Position numbers and translations under genes: made by a program
The notes under the pieces: generated by a model
Database searches by the model: none
What the model saw: only the letters and a program-made list of their open reading frames with translations
What the model was told of the DNA's origin: nothing
In this document: positions 1 through 10,831 of the stretch, piece by piece
Numbering within the stretch: position 1 is the first letter of the stretch
Layout of the letters: each line of letters begins with the position of its first letter
Source of the DNA: an uncultured Planctomycetota bacterium
GTDB lineage: Bacteria > Planctomycetota > Planctomycetia > Isosphaerales > Isosphaeraceae
Direction: 5' to 3'
DNA length: 64,000 nt
Assembly (NCBI GenBank): GCA_963845755.1
Contig: CAWJTV010000019.1
Location: 288,001-352,000 of the forward strand

Positions 1-335
1 TTCTCATGGGCGTAGGGAAAGAATCTGGGAGTCGCGCCCAGGACCTTGCAGGCGGCGCTCGCCTCCGCCTGACGGACCTCGGCCTCCGGCCGGTCGAAGA
101 AGCGCCGATCGCCCCGGAACGTCGTGCCGTAGGCCAGGATGACCTCGTGTCCCTGCCGGGTCAGCATGGCGGCCAGGCCGCCAGCCCCCGACTCGGGGTC
201 GTCCGGATGTCCTCCGAAGATGACGACCTTCAGACTCTTCGGCGCCTGCCCGGCCTCACTTGGGGCGGATCCCCGCGGCGTCGGCATGGGCATCCAGATC
301 GAGGCGGACACGAATAAGACGATCGGAAGTCGCAT
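1..335 (-). CDS. PIG-L/LmbE family deacetylase, 5' part (runs off the window edge)
   Basis: Not in the ORF track. Manual translation from ATG 335 (GGAGGAG RBS) gives MRLPIVLFVSAS...KVVIFGGHPDDPESGAGGLAAML...RQAEASAACKVLGA, with the HPDDxE motif and a signal-peptide-like N-terminus. Confidence 0.8.
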   Translation of the reverse strand, partial: MRLPIVLFVSASIWMPMPTPRGSAPSEAGQAPKSLKVVIFGGHPDDPESGAGGLAAMLTRQGHEVILAYGTTFRGDRRFFDRPEAEVRQAEASAACKVLGATPRFFPYAHE

Positions 336-497
336 CGATTCTCCTCCGGCAAGGTCTCCGCACGGCGCCCGCATTTTACCGAGCGTTGCGCCGAGAACTC
401 AACCATGCCAAAGGGCAGCGCGATCAGACCGGCCGATTCGCACGGATGGCCGGTCAAAGTCAACTCGAGGTACGAACGCAGCGGAGGGTCGTCCGAT

Positions 498-595
498 GAT
501 GTCGAGCCGCGATGAAACGAGGCGGGGCCCACCGCGATCGGCCGGGCCCGCGGTGGGCCTCACGCCTCTATGCGGGCGCTCGACGCCACCCGACG
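498..595. repeat. REP-like inverted doublet
   Basis: gaggcggggcccaccgcg pairs with cgcggtgggcctcacgcctc and ends in cacccgac; a related unit lies at 52361-52406. Confidence 0.5.
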
Positions 596-778
596 TACGA
601 CGTCTCGGACATCCTGAGCGCGGCCCAGTACCGCGTGAGCCGGCTCCGGGAAGCCGACGTTAGACTGACGTGGGCCGACCCGCTCAGCACGGCCCTCGTG
701 GGCGATCCGACGCCGGCCGAGCTGGCCCTCCTGGCCCTGAGCCAGCACCGCTTCGGCCGGACAGATCAGGCCCGTTGA
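512..778 (+). pseudogene. Possible fragment of a TPR-like kinase C-terminus
   Basis: AQYRV...TPAELALLALSQHRFGRTDQAR resembles helical tails of planctomycete kinases; the ORF start lies within a repeat. Confidence 0.3.
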
Positions 779-826
779 ACTGGGAATTCCCAGCATTGCG
801 CGCACGGCACGGAGATCCTACGGAGG

Positions 827-3800
827 TCAACGCGAGGAATCTTCCAGAGGAGCCGGCTCCGCCGTCGCCGCGTGGAGGCCGGCGTCCCTGGGCGCTCTCG
901 TGGGGAGCCGCACGACGAATTCGCATCCGGTCCCCGGTCCCTGGCTGCGCGCCTGGACGGTGCCGCCGTGCATCTCCGCGAGTTTCTGCACGAGCGTCAG
1001 CCCGATGCCCAGCCCTCCCTGGGCACGGGCGAGCGAGGTGTCCCCCTGGGCGAAGAGGTCGAACATCTTCGGGAGCAGCTCGGGGGCGATACCGATGCCG
1101 TTATCACGGACCCGGATGACGATCTCGGCCTCCTCACGCCGCGCGGTCAGCCAGATCTGTCCTTCGCCCGTGGTGTACTTGGCCGCATTGTTCAGCAAGT
1201 TCACCACGATCTGTTCGAGCCGCGTGGGATCCGCCTCGAGCATCAGTCCCGGATGAAACGAGAGGATCAGTTGATGCCCTCGTTCCTCGATGAAGGGCCG
1301 GACCGATTCGACGGCGCTGGCCAGCGCGGCGTAGGCATCGATCGGCGCAGTGCGGAGCTGGATCTTCCCCCGAGTGATCCGCGAGACGTCCAGCAGGTCG
1401 TCGATCAGGCGGACGAGATGTTTCACCTGACGGCCGATGATGTCCATGCTCCAGGAGATCGACTCGGGCAGCGGCACGATGAGATCGATCAACGCGGCCG
1501 CGTTGCTGATGGCCGCGAGCGGGTTCCTCAACTCGTGGGCGAGCATCGCCAGGAACTCGTCCTTGCGTCGGTCGTTGGCCCTCAGCTCGTCGTAGAGCTC
1601 GGCCGAGCCGATGGCGGATGCGGCCAGGTTCGCCAGGGCGGTCGCGACGTGTACCTCGACCTCGGTGAAGTGATGCGGGCTCCGGTAGTAGAAAACCAAG
1701 GTCCCGCTGAGGGCACCGCGCACTTTCAGCGGCACGACCAGCATCGACCGGATCCCTTCGCGATCGTAAGCCTCCCTGCGATGTCCGAGCATGGCCATCG
1801 TGCGGATGTCCTCGGCGACGACCGGAGTCTCGGGCAGGCGTGGTGTGTGCTCCAGCACCTCGATTGTGGACCGCTGGTAGTCCTCGGAGAGTCCGGAGGC
1901 CAGCACGATCCCCCACCGCCCGGTCGCGGCCTGGTAGCGCCAGACGGCGTGGGCATCCGCGACGATGAGGCGTCGAGAAAGGGCCAGGACCGCATCGGCG
2001 ACGGCGCCCATGTCGAGCGACGCGCTGAGGCTGCCCGAGGCCTCCACCAGGAGGGTGAGCTGCTCCTCGATCTGGCAGTGCCGCTGCAACGCCTCCTCCC
2101 GGCGCCGGGCGGCCTCCTGCGCCTCGGCGAAGAGCCGAGCATTGTCCACCGCCAGGGCCACGCGCCGGCCCAGTTCCATCGCCAGGTGCTGGTCGTCCTG
2201 GTCATAGCGGCGCGCGGACTCCGCCGCGATCAGCGTGAGGGCCCCCAGCGTCCGGCCCCGCGCCGTCAGCGGGATGATCATTACCGAACGGAGTCCCAAG
2301 GATCGCACCATCCGAAGGTGGTCCGGGTCGCGCGCCGATTGCACGATCTGCTCGTCCGTGAGTTCGAACACGACGATCGGCTCGCCGGTCCGGATGACCT
2401 TCATCAACGCGTGGTCGTCGGAGGGTGGCGGATAGCGGCGCTGGATCTCGCGGATGAACTCGATCTTGGCCGGATCCTTGTGGGCGATCTCGAGCCGCTG
2501 AAGCCCGCCGCTGTCGGCCAGGAGGTCGAGCTGGCACCAGTCGGCGAAGATCGGGACCACCAGCCGGCAGACATGAGCCAGCGTCGCCTCATAATCCAGC
2601 GCCGAGCTCATGAGCCGTCCGGCCTCGGCCAGGAGTTCCTGACGCAGCTCGGCACGCTTCCGGTCGTCGATGTCGGTCGAACGTGCCGAACCACTTCGTG
2701 AGGGCGCCTTCGGCGTCGCGGATGGGTACGGCCCGCGTCAGGAACCAGCGGTATTCGCCGTCGGAGGCCCGCATGAGCCGGAACTCCGCCTCGAGCGCCG
2801 ACGCCGCCTCAACGGCGTCCGACCAGCGAGCCAGGAGCGTCGGCAAATCCTCGGGATGGATCACCGCGGCGAGGATCTCCCGATCGCACGTGGCGAGCCC
2901 GGTATAGTCGCGCCACCGCTGATTCAAATATTCGGCGGTCCCGTCGGGCCGGAGCACGTAGACGATCTGGGGCAAGGCGTCGGCGAGCTGCCGGAATTGC
3001 TCCTCGCTCTGCCGCAATGCATCCTCGGTACGCTTCAGGTCGGTGATATCGATGGCCATCCCGCCGACCTGGGCGACGGTGCCGTCGGCAGCCGGTACGG
3101 GGAACTTGCTGACGATCGAGTAATGCACGAGCCCGTCCGCGTGTTCCAGGGTCTCGATCGTGCGGACTCCCGCCGCGTCGGCCAGGGCCCGGCGATCATT
3201 CGCCCGGAACTGGGCCGCGGTCTCCTGCGGGAAGACCTCCTCGTCGGTCCGGCCATAGAGCAATTCGCGCCGGGTGCGGAACGCCATCAGAGCGGCGTCG
3301 TTGGCGTAGAGATAACGCCCCTGGAGGTCCTTGACCCAGGCGAGTCCCGGCAGGTTCTCCATGAACCGCCCGAACCGGTACTCGCGCTCGCGTACCGCCT
3401 GCTCGGCCTCGCGGCGGCGCCGGGCCGACGCGAGCTGCACCCGCACCCGGGCCATCAACTCGCACGGTAAGAACGGCCGGACCAGGAAGTCGTCGGCCCG
3501 CGCGTCCAGGCCGTCCAGCCGGTATCCCTCATCGATCCGCTCGGCCAGCATGATCACGGGGATCGCTGCCGTCCGGGGATCGCGCGCAGCTCGCCGAGCC
3601 AGTCGTCGCTCGACGCCGCCATGCGGCCGGCGATCACCAGGTCCGGCAGCCGCAGGCGAATGGCCGTCAGCGCCGCGGCACCGTCGGCCACGAACTCGAC
3701 AGCGTAGCATTCCGCGAGCGCCCGCCCGGCCGTCTGGCGTAGTTCGGCATCCTCATCGGCCAGCAGGACCCGCGGCCGAACATCCACGGCACAGCCATCG

Positions 3801-3892
3801 CCGTCGACCGGAGAATCGTCCAGGATGGCGATGGGTTGTTGCTTCATCAACTGCGACTTCTGGATGAGATGTGGCTCTTGGGCCGTCGACAT
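827..3892 (-). CDS. Multi-sensor histidine kinase REC-PAS-PAS-GAF-GAF-HisKA-HATPase (2 frameshifts)
   Basis: ORFs 3554-3892, 2589-3710 and 827-2611 join; motifs VLLADED, PAS/PAC, FLAMLAHELRNPL, NLLNNAAKY, DNGIGI, GGLGIGL. Confidence 0.9.
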
Positions 3893-4075
3893 GCCCCGAT
3901 CAACGTTCTCAGTCTAATCATTCCGGCGACGGCCGGAAACCGGAGTGTCCCTGCCGCCGGCACCCGAGGGTCTTGTCACGTCGCGTCGGGCGACTTATGT
4001 TTGAGCCAGTGCTCAACCGCCGCGGACAAGCCCTGAGAGCCGGGGCACTCTCCCAACCCGATCAGGAGTGTAACC

Positions 4076-5569
4076 ATGTGGGTCCGTCAATGCGACCTCG
4101 ACGCCGAGTTCGACTTCCTGCCGCCGATCCCCTCGCGGATCGCCTCGAACGAGGAGTTCGTCCCTCCGCCTCAATCGGTCGAGCAGAAGGCGTATGAGGA
4201 GCGGCTGGCGCAGATCACCGAGCGGGTGGCGAAGCGGCAGGGCCGCTCGCGGCGCGACTTCCTCCGCAGCGGCAGCGGGATGGCCGCGGCGCTCCTGGCC
4301 CTCAACCAGGTCTTCGGCGACTGCTATGAGGTCACGGCCGAGGAGGTCGAGGACCCGAAGGCGTTCGAGGAGCGCTGGCCCAAGGACCAGTTCGTCTTCG
4401 ACGTCCAGACCCACCACGTGGATGTCTCCCGCAAGTGGTACGACGACTCGCCGACCGGGCGAGGGATCAAGGCGTTTTTCCGCGGGCTGCGCCCCGACGC
4501 CAAGAACGACGAGCACGTGATGGAGCTCCTGAACCGGGCCCATTACGTCAAGGAGGTCTTCGGCGACAGCGACACGGTCATGGCGATCATCAGCGGCGTC
4601 CCGAGTCGCGACTGGGACAAGAACCCGCTCCCCCCCGATCAGATGGTCGCGACCCGCAAGTTCGTCAACGACCTGGCCGGCAGCCGGCGCGTGCTCTCGC
4701 ACGGCCTCTTGCGACCCAACCTCGGCAAGCCCGAGCTCGAAGAGATGGAGCGTCAAATCAAGGATTTGAAGATCGACGCGTGGAAGATGTACACCGGCGC
4801 CGAGATCGGCGAGAAGGCCTGGCGGATGGACGACGAGAAGGTCGCCTATCCCTTCTGGGAGAAGACCAAGGCGCTGGGGGTGAAGAACCTGTGCGTCCAC
4901 AAGGGCCTCCCCCTGGGCGCGTTCAACGAGGAAGCCTGCCGGCCTCTCGACCTGGAGAAGGCCGCCAAGGACTGGCCCGACCTCAACTTCATCGTGTACC
5001 ATTCCGGCTACCGCGGCTTCGGCTGGCTGGCCAAGGGGACGGGGATCAAGGTCGTGGACCCCGAGAGTGACGATAAGCAGCGGATCCCCTGGATCAGCGA
5101 CATTCTGGACATTCTCAAACGGAATCCGGATATCAAGAACATCTACTTCGAGCTGGGCAGCACGTTCATGATCCTCTCCGGCTACGCGCCCGAGTCGTGT
5201 ATGCACATGCTCGGCCAGATGGTCCAGGTCGCCGGGGCCGATCATATCTTGTGGGGCACGGACTCGATCTGGAACGGCAGCCCGCAGAGCCAGATCGAGC
5301 GGATGCGGCGGATCAAGATCTCCGATGCCTTGATCGAGAAATACGGCTATTCCCAACTCACGGACAAGATGAAGGACCAGATCCTGGGCCTTAACGCCGC
5401 CCGGTTGCTGGGCGTCGATCCCGCCGCGGCGCGGAAGGCGATCAAGGCCGACAAACTGAGCTCGCTGAGGGAAGGACGCCGTTACGATCCTGCTACGCGG
5501 AGCAACACCCAGTACGGCTGGGTCTGGGTCGAGGACGGCGGCGATCCCACAACGCCGGTGGGGGCGTGA
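4076..5569 (+). CDS. Amidohydrolase family protein (amidohydro_2-like)
   Basis: FDVQTHHV, CVHKG, FIVYHSG and ILWGTDSIW metal-hydrolase motifs. Confidence 0.85.
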   Translation: MWVRQCDLDAEFDFLPPIPSRIASNEEFVPPPQSVEQKAYEERLAQITERVAKRQGRSRRDFLRSGSGMAAALLALNQVFGDCYEVTAEEVEDPKAFEERWPKDQFVFDVQTHHVDVSRKWYDDSPTGRGIKAFFRGLRPDAKNDEHVMELLNRAHYVKEVFGDSDTVMAIISGVPSRDWDKNPLPPDQMVATRKFVNDLAGSRRVLSHGLLRPNLGKPELEEMERQIKDLKIDAWKMYTGAEIGEKAWRMDDEKVAYPFWEKTKALGVKNLCVHKGLPLGAFNEEACRPLDLEKAAKDWPDLNFIVYHSGYRGFGWLAKGTGIKVVDPESDDKQRIPWISDILDILKRNPDIKNIYFELGSTFMILSGYAPESCMHMLGQMVQVAGADHILWGTDSIWNGSPQSQIERMRRIKISDALIEKYGYSQLTDKMKDQILGLNAARLLGVDPAAARKAIKADKLSSLREGRRYDPATRSNTQYGWVWVEDGGDPTTPVGA

Positions 5570-5581
5570 GGCGCGGATTAG

Positions 5582-5610
5582 GTGACGTTTTCGGCACACC
5601 GCCATATAAT
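5582..5610 (+). promoter_or_regulatory. Putative sigma70 promoter
   Basis: GTGACG-N17-TATAAT, 70 nt upstream of ATG 5681. Confidence 0.5.
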
Positions 5611-5680
5611 CGTCATAAGAGGATTCCTTGGCGCGGCCGATCGAGTCGAACGGCGGGTCTGATTTTGATAGGAAGGTCTC

Positions 5681-6135
5681 ATGGCTTTCTGCGTTTGCGC
5701 GAAATGCGGCCACTCGCCAATGAAAATGGACTCGCCGTGCCCAAATTGCGGCAGCGATCACCGTATTCTTCTTGACGCGGATCAGGCGGTTGCCGACGAA
5801 AAGGCGGTGGCAGCCAGAGTCCTGGCCGAGAAACATTACCAGTTAGAAGAGGGCCTCACCCAGATTTTTCGGATCACGGAGAAGGCCGAGGTGGGAGCTC
5901 GGCCGCAACGAGACGATCAAGCTGCTCTTGGTGAATGAGAACACCGTTGAGGCCGGCGTGATGCCGCTGCATTTCGGGCCGGTACCCGCCATCGGCATTC
6001 CCTATCCCATCGATCCTCATCGAGGTGACGCCGAACGAGGTTCAGAAGATCCACTCGCACGAACTCGAGCTTCCCGAGGGCTGGGAGATTGGGGAGGAGC
6101 TGCCCAGATCGTCGGTTCTCACCGGAGGCGTCTGA
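5681..6135 (+). CDS. Hypothetical protein with N-terminal Zn-ribbon, partner of the HEPN-like gene (frameshifted)
   Basis: CAKC..CPNC; continues across frames as ..IKLLLVNENTVEAGVMPLHFGPVP..ILIEVTPNEVQKI..LPEGWEIGEELPR..GGV*; TGA overlaps the next ATG. Confidence 0.6.
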
Positions 6136-6635
6136 TGGCCACGAGTGCCGAGTGGGCCGAAGGCTTTGCCCGCCAGGCAAATGCAGATTTCAAGACATTT
6201 GAGATGATGCAGACGTTGGTCGTTCCGGAGTGCCACAAGCTGCAGTTTCTCCAGATGGACTGTGAGAAACTGGTGAAGTCTCACCTATGTGGGAGAGGAA
6301 CGGATCCCGCAACTCCGCAGACCAGCCACGACTATGTCGCCAAGACCCTTCCGCTCGTGCTGCAACAACAGGCCGCATCCGTGAATTTCAGCGGGAGGAA
6401 GGCAAAGGAGGTCTTGAACCATGCGCATCATCTGGCCCGGGAGATCGAGGTCCTGGCGCCGGCGGTCAAGCGCGGCGGGCAGCGCCCGGACAACTGTCAG
6501 TATCCGTGGGAAGACGATAAGGAGACACTGCACGTCCCCCCGGACTGGTCGTTTCAACCTTCTCAATTCATCGTCATGCCACCCGGCCGCACGATCCTGA
6601 AACTGATCCGTGGGGCGATCGACCGTCTCCTGTAG
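6135..6635 (+). CDS. HEPN-like helical protein
   Basis: WAEGFARQANADF, LQMDCEKLVKS, TSH and NCQYPW parallel the HEPN pattern (QA.EK.LKA, H.L, YP). Confidence 0.55.
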   Translation: MATSAEWAEGFARQANADFKTFEMMQTLVVPECHKLQFLQMDCEKLVKSHLCGRGTDPATPQTSHDYVAKTLPLVLQQQAASVNFSGRKAKEVLNHAHHLAREIEVLAPAVKRGGQRPDNCQYPWEDDKETLHVPPDWSFQPSQFIVMPPGRTILKLIRGAIDRLL

Positions 6636-6877
6636 CCCCGCCGGTGCCTCCGCTACGGTCCTGGGAGCGGCGCCGGCCGAGCTGGAGCAGGGCGTCGGCC
6701 AGGCGCCGGGCGTGGACTTCGGCCCACAGGCCGACGCCGGGATGCGCGTCATCGACCGACGTCGTTCTTGCATGGAAACGGTGGTCGAGTCCTTCGCGAC
6801 GCCTGCGGCGGCGGAGGGCGCCAATCGCAGCATTAACCACGGCGCGGCGGATCCAGGCCGGGAACCGCTCGGGTTAA

Positions 6878-7786
6878 GAGCGCTCGGAAAAAATGAGTTC
6901 ACTGGCCCAGGAGCCTCAAACAGATCAAGGAACATGCTAACTTGAGGAACGCGTCTTGAATCTCGGTGAGCCGATCCAAACGGCGGCGCAGCCGGCCGAA
7001 GGAGTGCAGCCACGCGATGGTCCGCTCTACGTACCAGCGGGACTTGCCCAAACCGCTGCCGTGCTCCGTATTGCGGGCCGCCAGCACCGGCGTGGTCCCC
7101 CGGCCGCGCAAACCCTGCCGCACCGGTTCCGAGTCGTAGCCCCGATCCCCCTGCAAGCGGTCGGGCTTCTGCCGCTTCGGCCCCGGCTTGCCGCCCACCG
7201 GCGGCATGTCGTCGAGCGTCGTGAAGACCTGGGTGATCTCGGGGACGTTGGCGGCGGTCACCGTCGCCGCCAGCGGCACGCCTTGGGCGTCGGTCATCAC
7301 GTGGTGCTTGCTGCCGGATTTGCTCCGGTCCGTCGGATTCGGGCCGGTATCCTCGCCCCCTTCCGGGGCCTTGGCGAAGGAGGCGTCGATCAGCGCCCGC
7401 TCCCAGTCGATCGCGTCAGCGCCGTTGAGCTCGGCCAGCAAGACGGCGTGCAACTGGCGCCAGACACCGGCCTGCTGCCACGCCTGCAGGTAGGACCGGC
7501 AGGTCTTGCCGCAGCCGCAGCCGAGGTCGGCGGGCAAGTCGTCCCAGGCGATGCCGGTCTTGAGCACGAACAAGATGCCGGTGAGGATCTTGCGGTAGTC
7601 CAGGGGTTTGCGTCCCGGGAAGCGGAAGCGGCGCGGAGGCGGGGGTGGCAGCAAGGGCTCCAGGCGCTTCCACAGCGCATCGGAGACAAGGGGTTTCATG
7701 GTGGTCCTCCTTCGGTTCGGGAGATCACTCTCCGAAGGACTCAAGAGCAGACAGCGTGCCAGTGGATTCATTTTTTCCGAGCGCTC
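6878..7786 (-). mobile_element. IS5-family insertion sequence, 909 bp
   Basis: 29-bp terminal inverted repeats GAGCGCTCGGAAAAAATGA.T.CACTGGC with 2 mismatches; TAA duplication at 6875-6877 and 7787-7789. Confidence 0.92.
6899..7699 (-). CDS. IS5 family DDE transposase
   Basis: LWKRLEPLLP, ILFVLKTGIAWDDLP, LIDAS, GDRGYDS, RWYVERTIAWL; GGAGG RBS. Confidence 0.93.
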   Translation of the reverse strand: MKPLVSDALWKRLEPLLPPPPPRRFRFPGRKPLDYRKILTGILFVLKTGIAWDDLPADLGCGCGKTCRSYLQAWQQAGVWRQLHAVLLAELNGADAIDWERALIDASFAKAPEGGEDTGPNPTDRSKSGSKHHVMTDAQGVPLAATVTAANVPEITQVFTTLDDMPPVGGKPGPKRQKPDRLQGDRGYDSEPVRQGLRGRGTTPVLAARNTEHGSGLGKSRWYVERTIAWLHSFGRLRRRLDRLTEIQDAFLKLACSLICLRLLGQ

Positions 7787-8728
7787 TAAGCCACCGATCC
7801 GGGCGTTTCCAGCCGTTTGAGAAAGACCCGTTGACGCAGATCTTCGGCCTCGGCCAGGTCGCCGGTGATCCGATAGGCGATCCGCACGATCGACCCTTCC
7901 CAGCGCCGTACCAGCGCTGTGAAAGCTGACCGGTCGCCCCGCTGAAGCCGCGAGAACAGCTCGGCGTCGCTCTCGCTCAACTCGATTTCAGTGGACAAAG
8001 TCGAAATCCGTAACCGTCGATGGCTGCCCGCTTTTTCGCGTCCGGTACGACATCCCGCCCAGGGCGCATCGCGATCGGTTGGCCCTCTTACGATACCCGC
8101 CGCTCTCCCTCCTACAATCAATGACGCCACCACGACCCGATCGGACGAAATGGCATACGGTAAACCTCTCGATTCCATCTGATCGATACCCTGTTCGCTC
8201 ATCAATATGGGCAATCGCGCCGTCGACTTTCGTTTCGCCGGATTGTTCCGAAACTCCCCGACAAGAAAGTTCTCGTTCAGGACGAAACCGGCGTGGTGGC
8301 CGCCGATACTCTTCGGCGAGGTCTTGACTCCGTGTTTCTAAGATGTCTTACTATAACGTAAAGAATGGGCGTGGGTGGATGCGCCGCGAACGCGCTGGGT
8401 CGTCGAGGCTCCTTACACGGATCGATCGTGCCGCGAGCGCGGCAAGAAGCCTCCGAATCATTGGCCATGGAGGCCGCACCCGAGGGGCGGGTCGGTCGTC
8501 ACGGGGAGCCTGGTGACGCAGACGTCTCCCCCGGCGGGCTCTTTGGGGATGAGATGGCTTCTCCATTCGAACGAGACGGTTCGCGTGGTTCTCGATCCGT
8601 TCCTGAGCGGCCACCGAGCCGGGATCCCGATTGCGTGTCGCGTGTCACATCGTACTCGTTGGCTGGTTGTTCAGCCCGGGAGTCGCCCGGCGTCCTGCCG
8701 TCATCGTTTTTTATGAGGAGGTCAGGTT

Positions 8729-9850
8729 ATGGGAGGTCGGGGATTCTCGAAACGTCCCGGTTTCACTCTCATCGAACTCTTGGTCGTCATCGCCATTATC
8801 GCCGTGTTGATTGCCTTGCTCTTGCCCGCTGTGCAGGCGGCACGCGAGGCCGCTCGCCGGGCTCAGTGCACCAACAACTTGAAGCAGATCGGTCTCGCCT
8901 TGGCGAACTACGAGCAAACCAACCAGATCTACCCGCTGGGCGGCATGACGCTCGTGACGTCGTTCGCGACTGCGAATTGGGGGAACGAGGCCAGCAACAA
9001 CGGAGTGAGCTGGGTCGCCCTGACCCTTCCCTATCTCGAGCAAAACACGGTCTACTCCGCCATTAACTTCTCGACCGGTGTCAACATCAACATGCCGGCG
9101 TTCGCGACGGCCTGGTACGCCCGGCTCGCGGTGATGTCTTGCCCCTCTGACGGCGACCAGGATGGCTTCCGTCCCTCGGGATCTGGCAACGGCAACGGCC
9201 AAGACATAGCCTCAGGTCCCCCAGCCCCTCCGAACGGTGGCACGGCGATGGTCCCGGTCGAGAATTATCTCGGCAGCTTCGGCGACAATTACTGCATCGG
9301 CTGTAACAACTCGGGCATAACATTCCCGACCGAGACACCATACACCATCTGGCCGCCGGTCCCCGGACAGCCGCGCATCGGCTGGCCCGGCGAACAGGGG
9401 ACGTTGCTCGATAACTTCAACTGCTCGAACACGGGTACTGCACCCGGCACACTCCGCGGCATGTTCGACGTCACGACGGCTCAGAGCGTGAGACTCCAGA
9501 GCGTTACCGACGGCACGAGTAACACCATCGCCGTCGGAGAGGGCCTGCCTGCTCAGCGGGCCGACAACAACGTCTGGGAGTGGAACTCCGGCGCCAATGG
9601 CACCACCGTTCCGATCAACTATTTCTCGGGGCAGAGCTGTACCATCAGTGGCAACGGTTGGGGCTCGACGAACTGGGCCTCGCGTTGTGCCTACACGAAC
9701 ACGGGCTTCAAGAGCCACCACCCCGGCGGATGCAACTTCCTGTTCGTCGATGGGTCCGTCCACTTTCTCAAGCAGACGATCAATATGTATACTTACTGTG
9801 CCCTCGGCAGCCGCGCCGGCGGTGAGGTCATCAGCTCCGATGCCTATTGA
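8729..9850 (+). CDS. DUF1559 protein with prepilin-type N-terminal cleavage/methylation site
   Basis: [56 protein letters not shown] (H-X9-DG). Confidence 0.95.
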   Translation: MGGRGFSKRPGFTLIELLVVIAIIAVLIALLLPAVQAAREAARRAQCTNNLKQIGLALANYEQTNQIYPLGGMTLVTSFATANWGNEASNNGVSWVALTLPYLEQNTVYSAINFSTGVNINMPAFATAWYARLAVMSCPSDGDQDGFRPSGSGNGNGQDIASGPPAPPNGGTAMVPVENYLGSFGDNYCIGCNNSGITFPTETPYTIWPPVPGQPRIGWPGEQGTLLDNFNCSNTGTAPGTLRGMFDVTTAQSVRLQSVTDGTSNTIAVGEGLPAQRADNNVWEWNSGANGTTVPINYFSGQSCTISGNGWGSTNWASRCAYTNTGFKSHHPGGCNFLFVDGSVHFLKQTINMYTYCALGSRAGGEVISSDAY

Positions 9851-9899
9851 TCGAACCTTGCTCGGGCTCGCGTTCGCTCACCACCTGCTAACAGACCAG

Positions 9900-9941
9900 G
9901 CGGCGGTTGGGCTCGACACACCAGTCGGGCCCAATCGCCGC
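9900..9941 (+). promoter_or_regulatory. Intergenic stem-loop (18-bp stem, no U tract)
   Basis: gcggcggttgggctcgac-acacca-gtcgggcccaatcgccgc. Confidence 0.55.
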
Positions 9942-9998
9942 AAGATCAACGGCCCGCAATAAAGACGTTTGCGAACCCAGATCAGGATCACAAGACTC

Positions 9999-10574
9999 AT
10001 GCCCTCCCCTAAAATGATGGCCGCCGTCAATCGGTTCCCCCGCCGCTTTTACTCGGTGCTGGCCGTGCCCGCCCTTCTCGTCATGGCCTCTTGCGGTACC
10101 GATGACGGTCTCGGGAAGCGGTACTCCGTCTCCGGCACCGTCACCTATAACGGCAAGCCGCTCGAGAAAGGCACCATCAGCTTCGTTTCCGAAGACCTGA
10201 AGAACAACCTCGGCGCCACCGGCACAATCACGAACGGCTCGTACACGCTCTCAACCGGCGGCAATGACGACGGGGCGCAGGCCGGCAAATACAAGGTGAC
10301 CATAACGTCCAAAGAAGACTTTGTCGCCAAGGCCCAGGCCGACTTTCAGAAAGAGTCGGGAAAAGACAATCCGAAAATCCCCCCGCAGTACAGCGCGAAA
10401 GCCGAAGCGGCAGCCAAGAGCCTCATCCCCGCTGGCTACGGGGATTCGCGCTCCACAAACCTCACGGCCGAGGTCAAGGAAAAGTCCAACACGATCGACT
10501 TCACGCTCTCCGACGCCGACGCCCCGCCCGACCCCAAGGCTGCGGCCAAAGGCGGCGGCCGCAAAGGCCGCTAG
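9999..10574 (+). CDS. DUF1559-associated lipoprotein (carboxypeptidase regulatory-like fold)
   Basis: Lipobox LVMASC; VSGTVTYNGKPL, GAQAGKYKVTI, IPAGY. Confidence 0.85.
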   Translation: MPSPKMMAAVNRFPRRFYSVLAVPALLVMASCGTDDGLGKRYSVSGTVTYNGKPLEKGTISFVSEDLKNNLGATGTITNGSYTLSTGGNDDGAQAGKYKVTITSKEDFVAKAQADFQKESGKDNPKIPPQYSAKAEAAAKSLIPAGYGDSRSTNLTAEVKEKSNTIDFTLSDADAPPDPKAAAKGGGRKGR

Positions 10575-10599
10575 GCTTCGTCGGTTTTCGAGTACAGCA

Positions 10600-10812
10600 C
10601 CTCCGGTACCCTGGTCCAGCAGTTCAAGGTCCCGAGCGGGCCGGCCGACGAGGACCCTCGAGGTCAACATCAGGACCAGCGATTCGATCCAGGTCGGCTT
10701 TGCGTCGCCACTGACGATCGCCAGCGTCCCCGAGTCCTCATCCGTGGTGCTCGCTGGGGTTGCCGGCGCCCTGGGTCTGGGTTGCTGGGCAGGCCGCCAT
10801 GGTCGGGCGTGA
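10600..10812 (+). pseudogene. Orphan PEP-CTERM C-terminal fragment
   Basis: TIASVPESSSVVLAGVAGALGLGCWAGRHGRA* with no start codon or signal peptide. Confidence 0.55.
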
Positions 10813-10831
10813 GGCGAGGCCGCTGTAACAA

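Larger units (their letters stand above)
6680..7998 (-). pseudogene. ECF sigma factor interrupted by IS5 and lacking region 4
   Basis: 5' half SDAELFSRLQRGDRSAFTALVRRWE..AEAEDLRQRVFL (7787-7998) and 3' half PERFPAWIRRAVVNAAIGALRRR (below 6875) flank the IS in one frame. Confidence 0.8.

Noticed and set aside
4240..4320. Tat signal (RRDFLR) in the amidohydrolase
   Set aside because: Lies about 60 residues inside the protein after a conserved-looking N-terminus, so export cannot be supported
872..5836. Long antisense ORFs (872-2701, 4013-5836 and similar elsewhere)
   Set aside because: Shadow frames of real genes in high-GC DNA with no recognisable motifs
5928..6134. Long N-terminus of the HEPN-like ORF
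   Set aside because: Frameshifted middle of the upstream gene; the real start is ATG 6135
8010..8035. Fifth GTAACC ECF promoter
   Set aside because: No CAC/CTC element at the required spacing and no adjacent gene in that orientation
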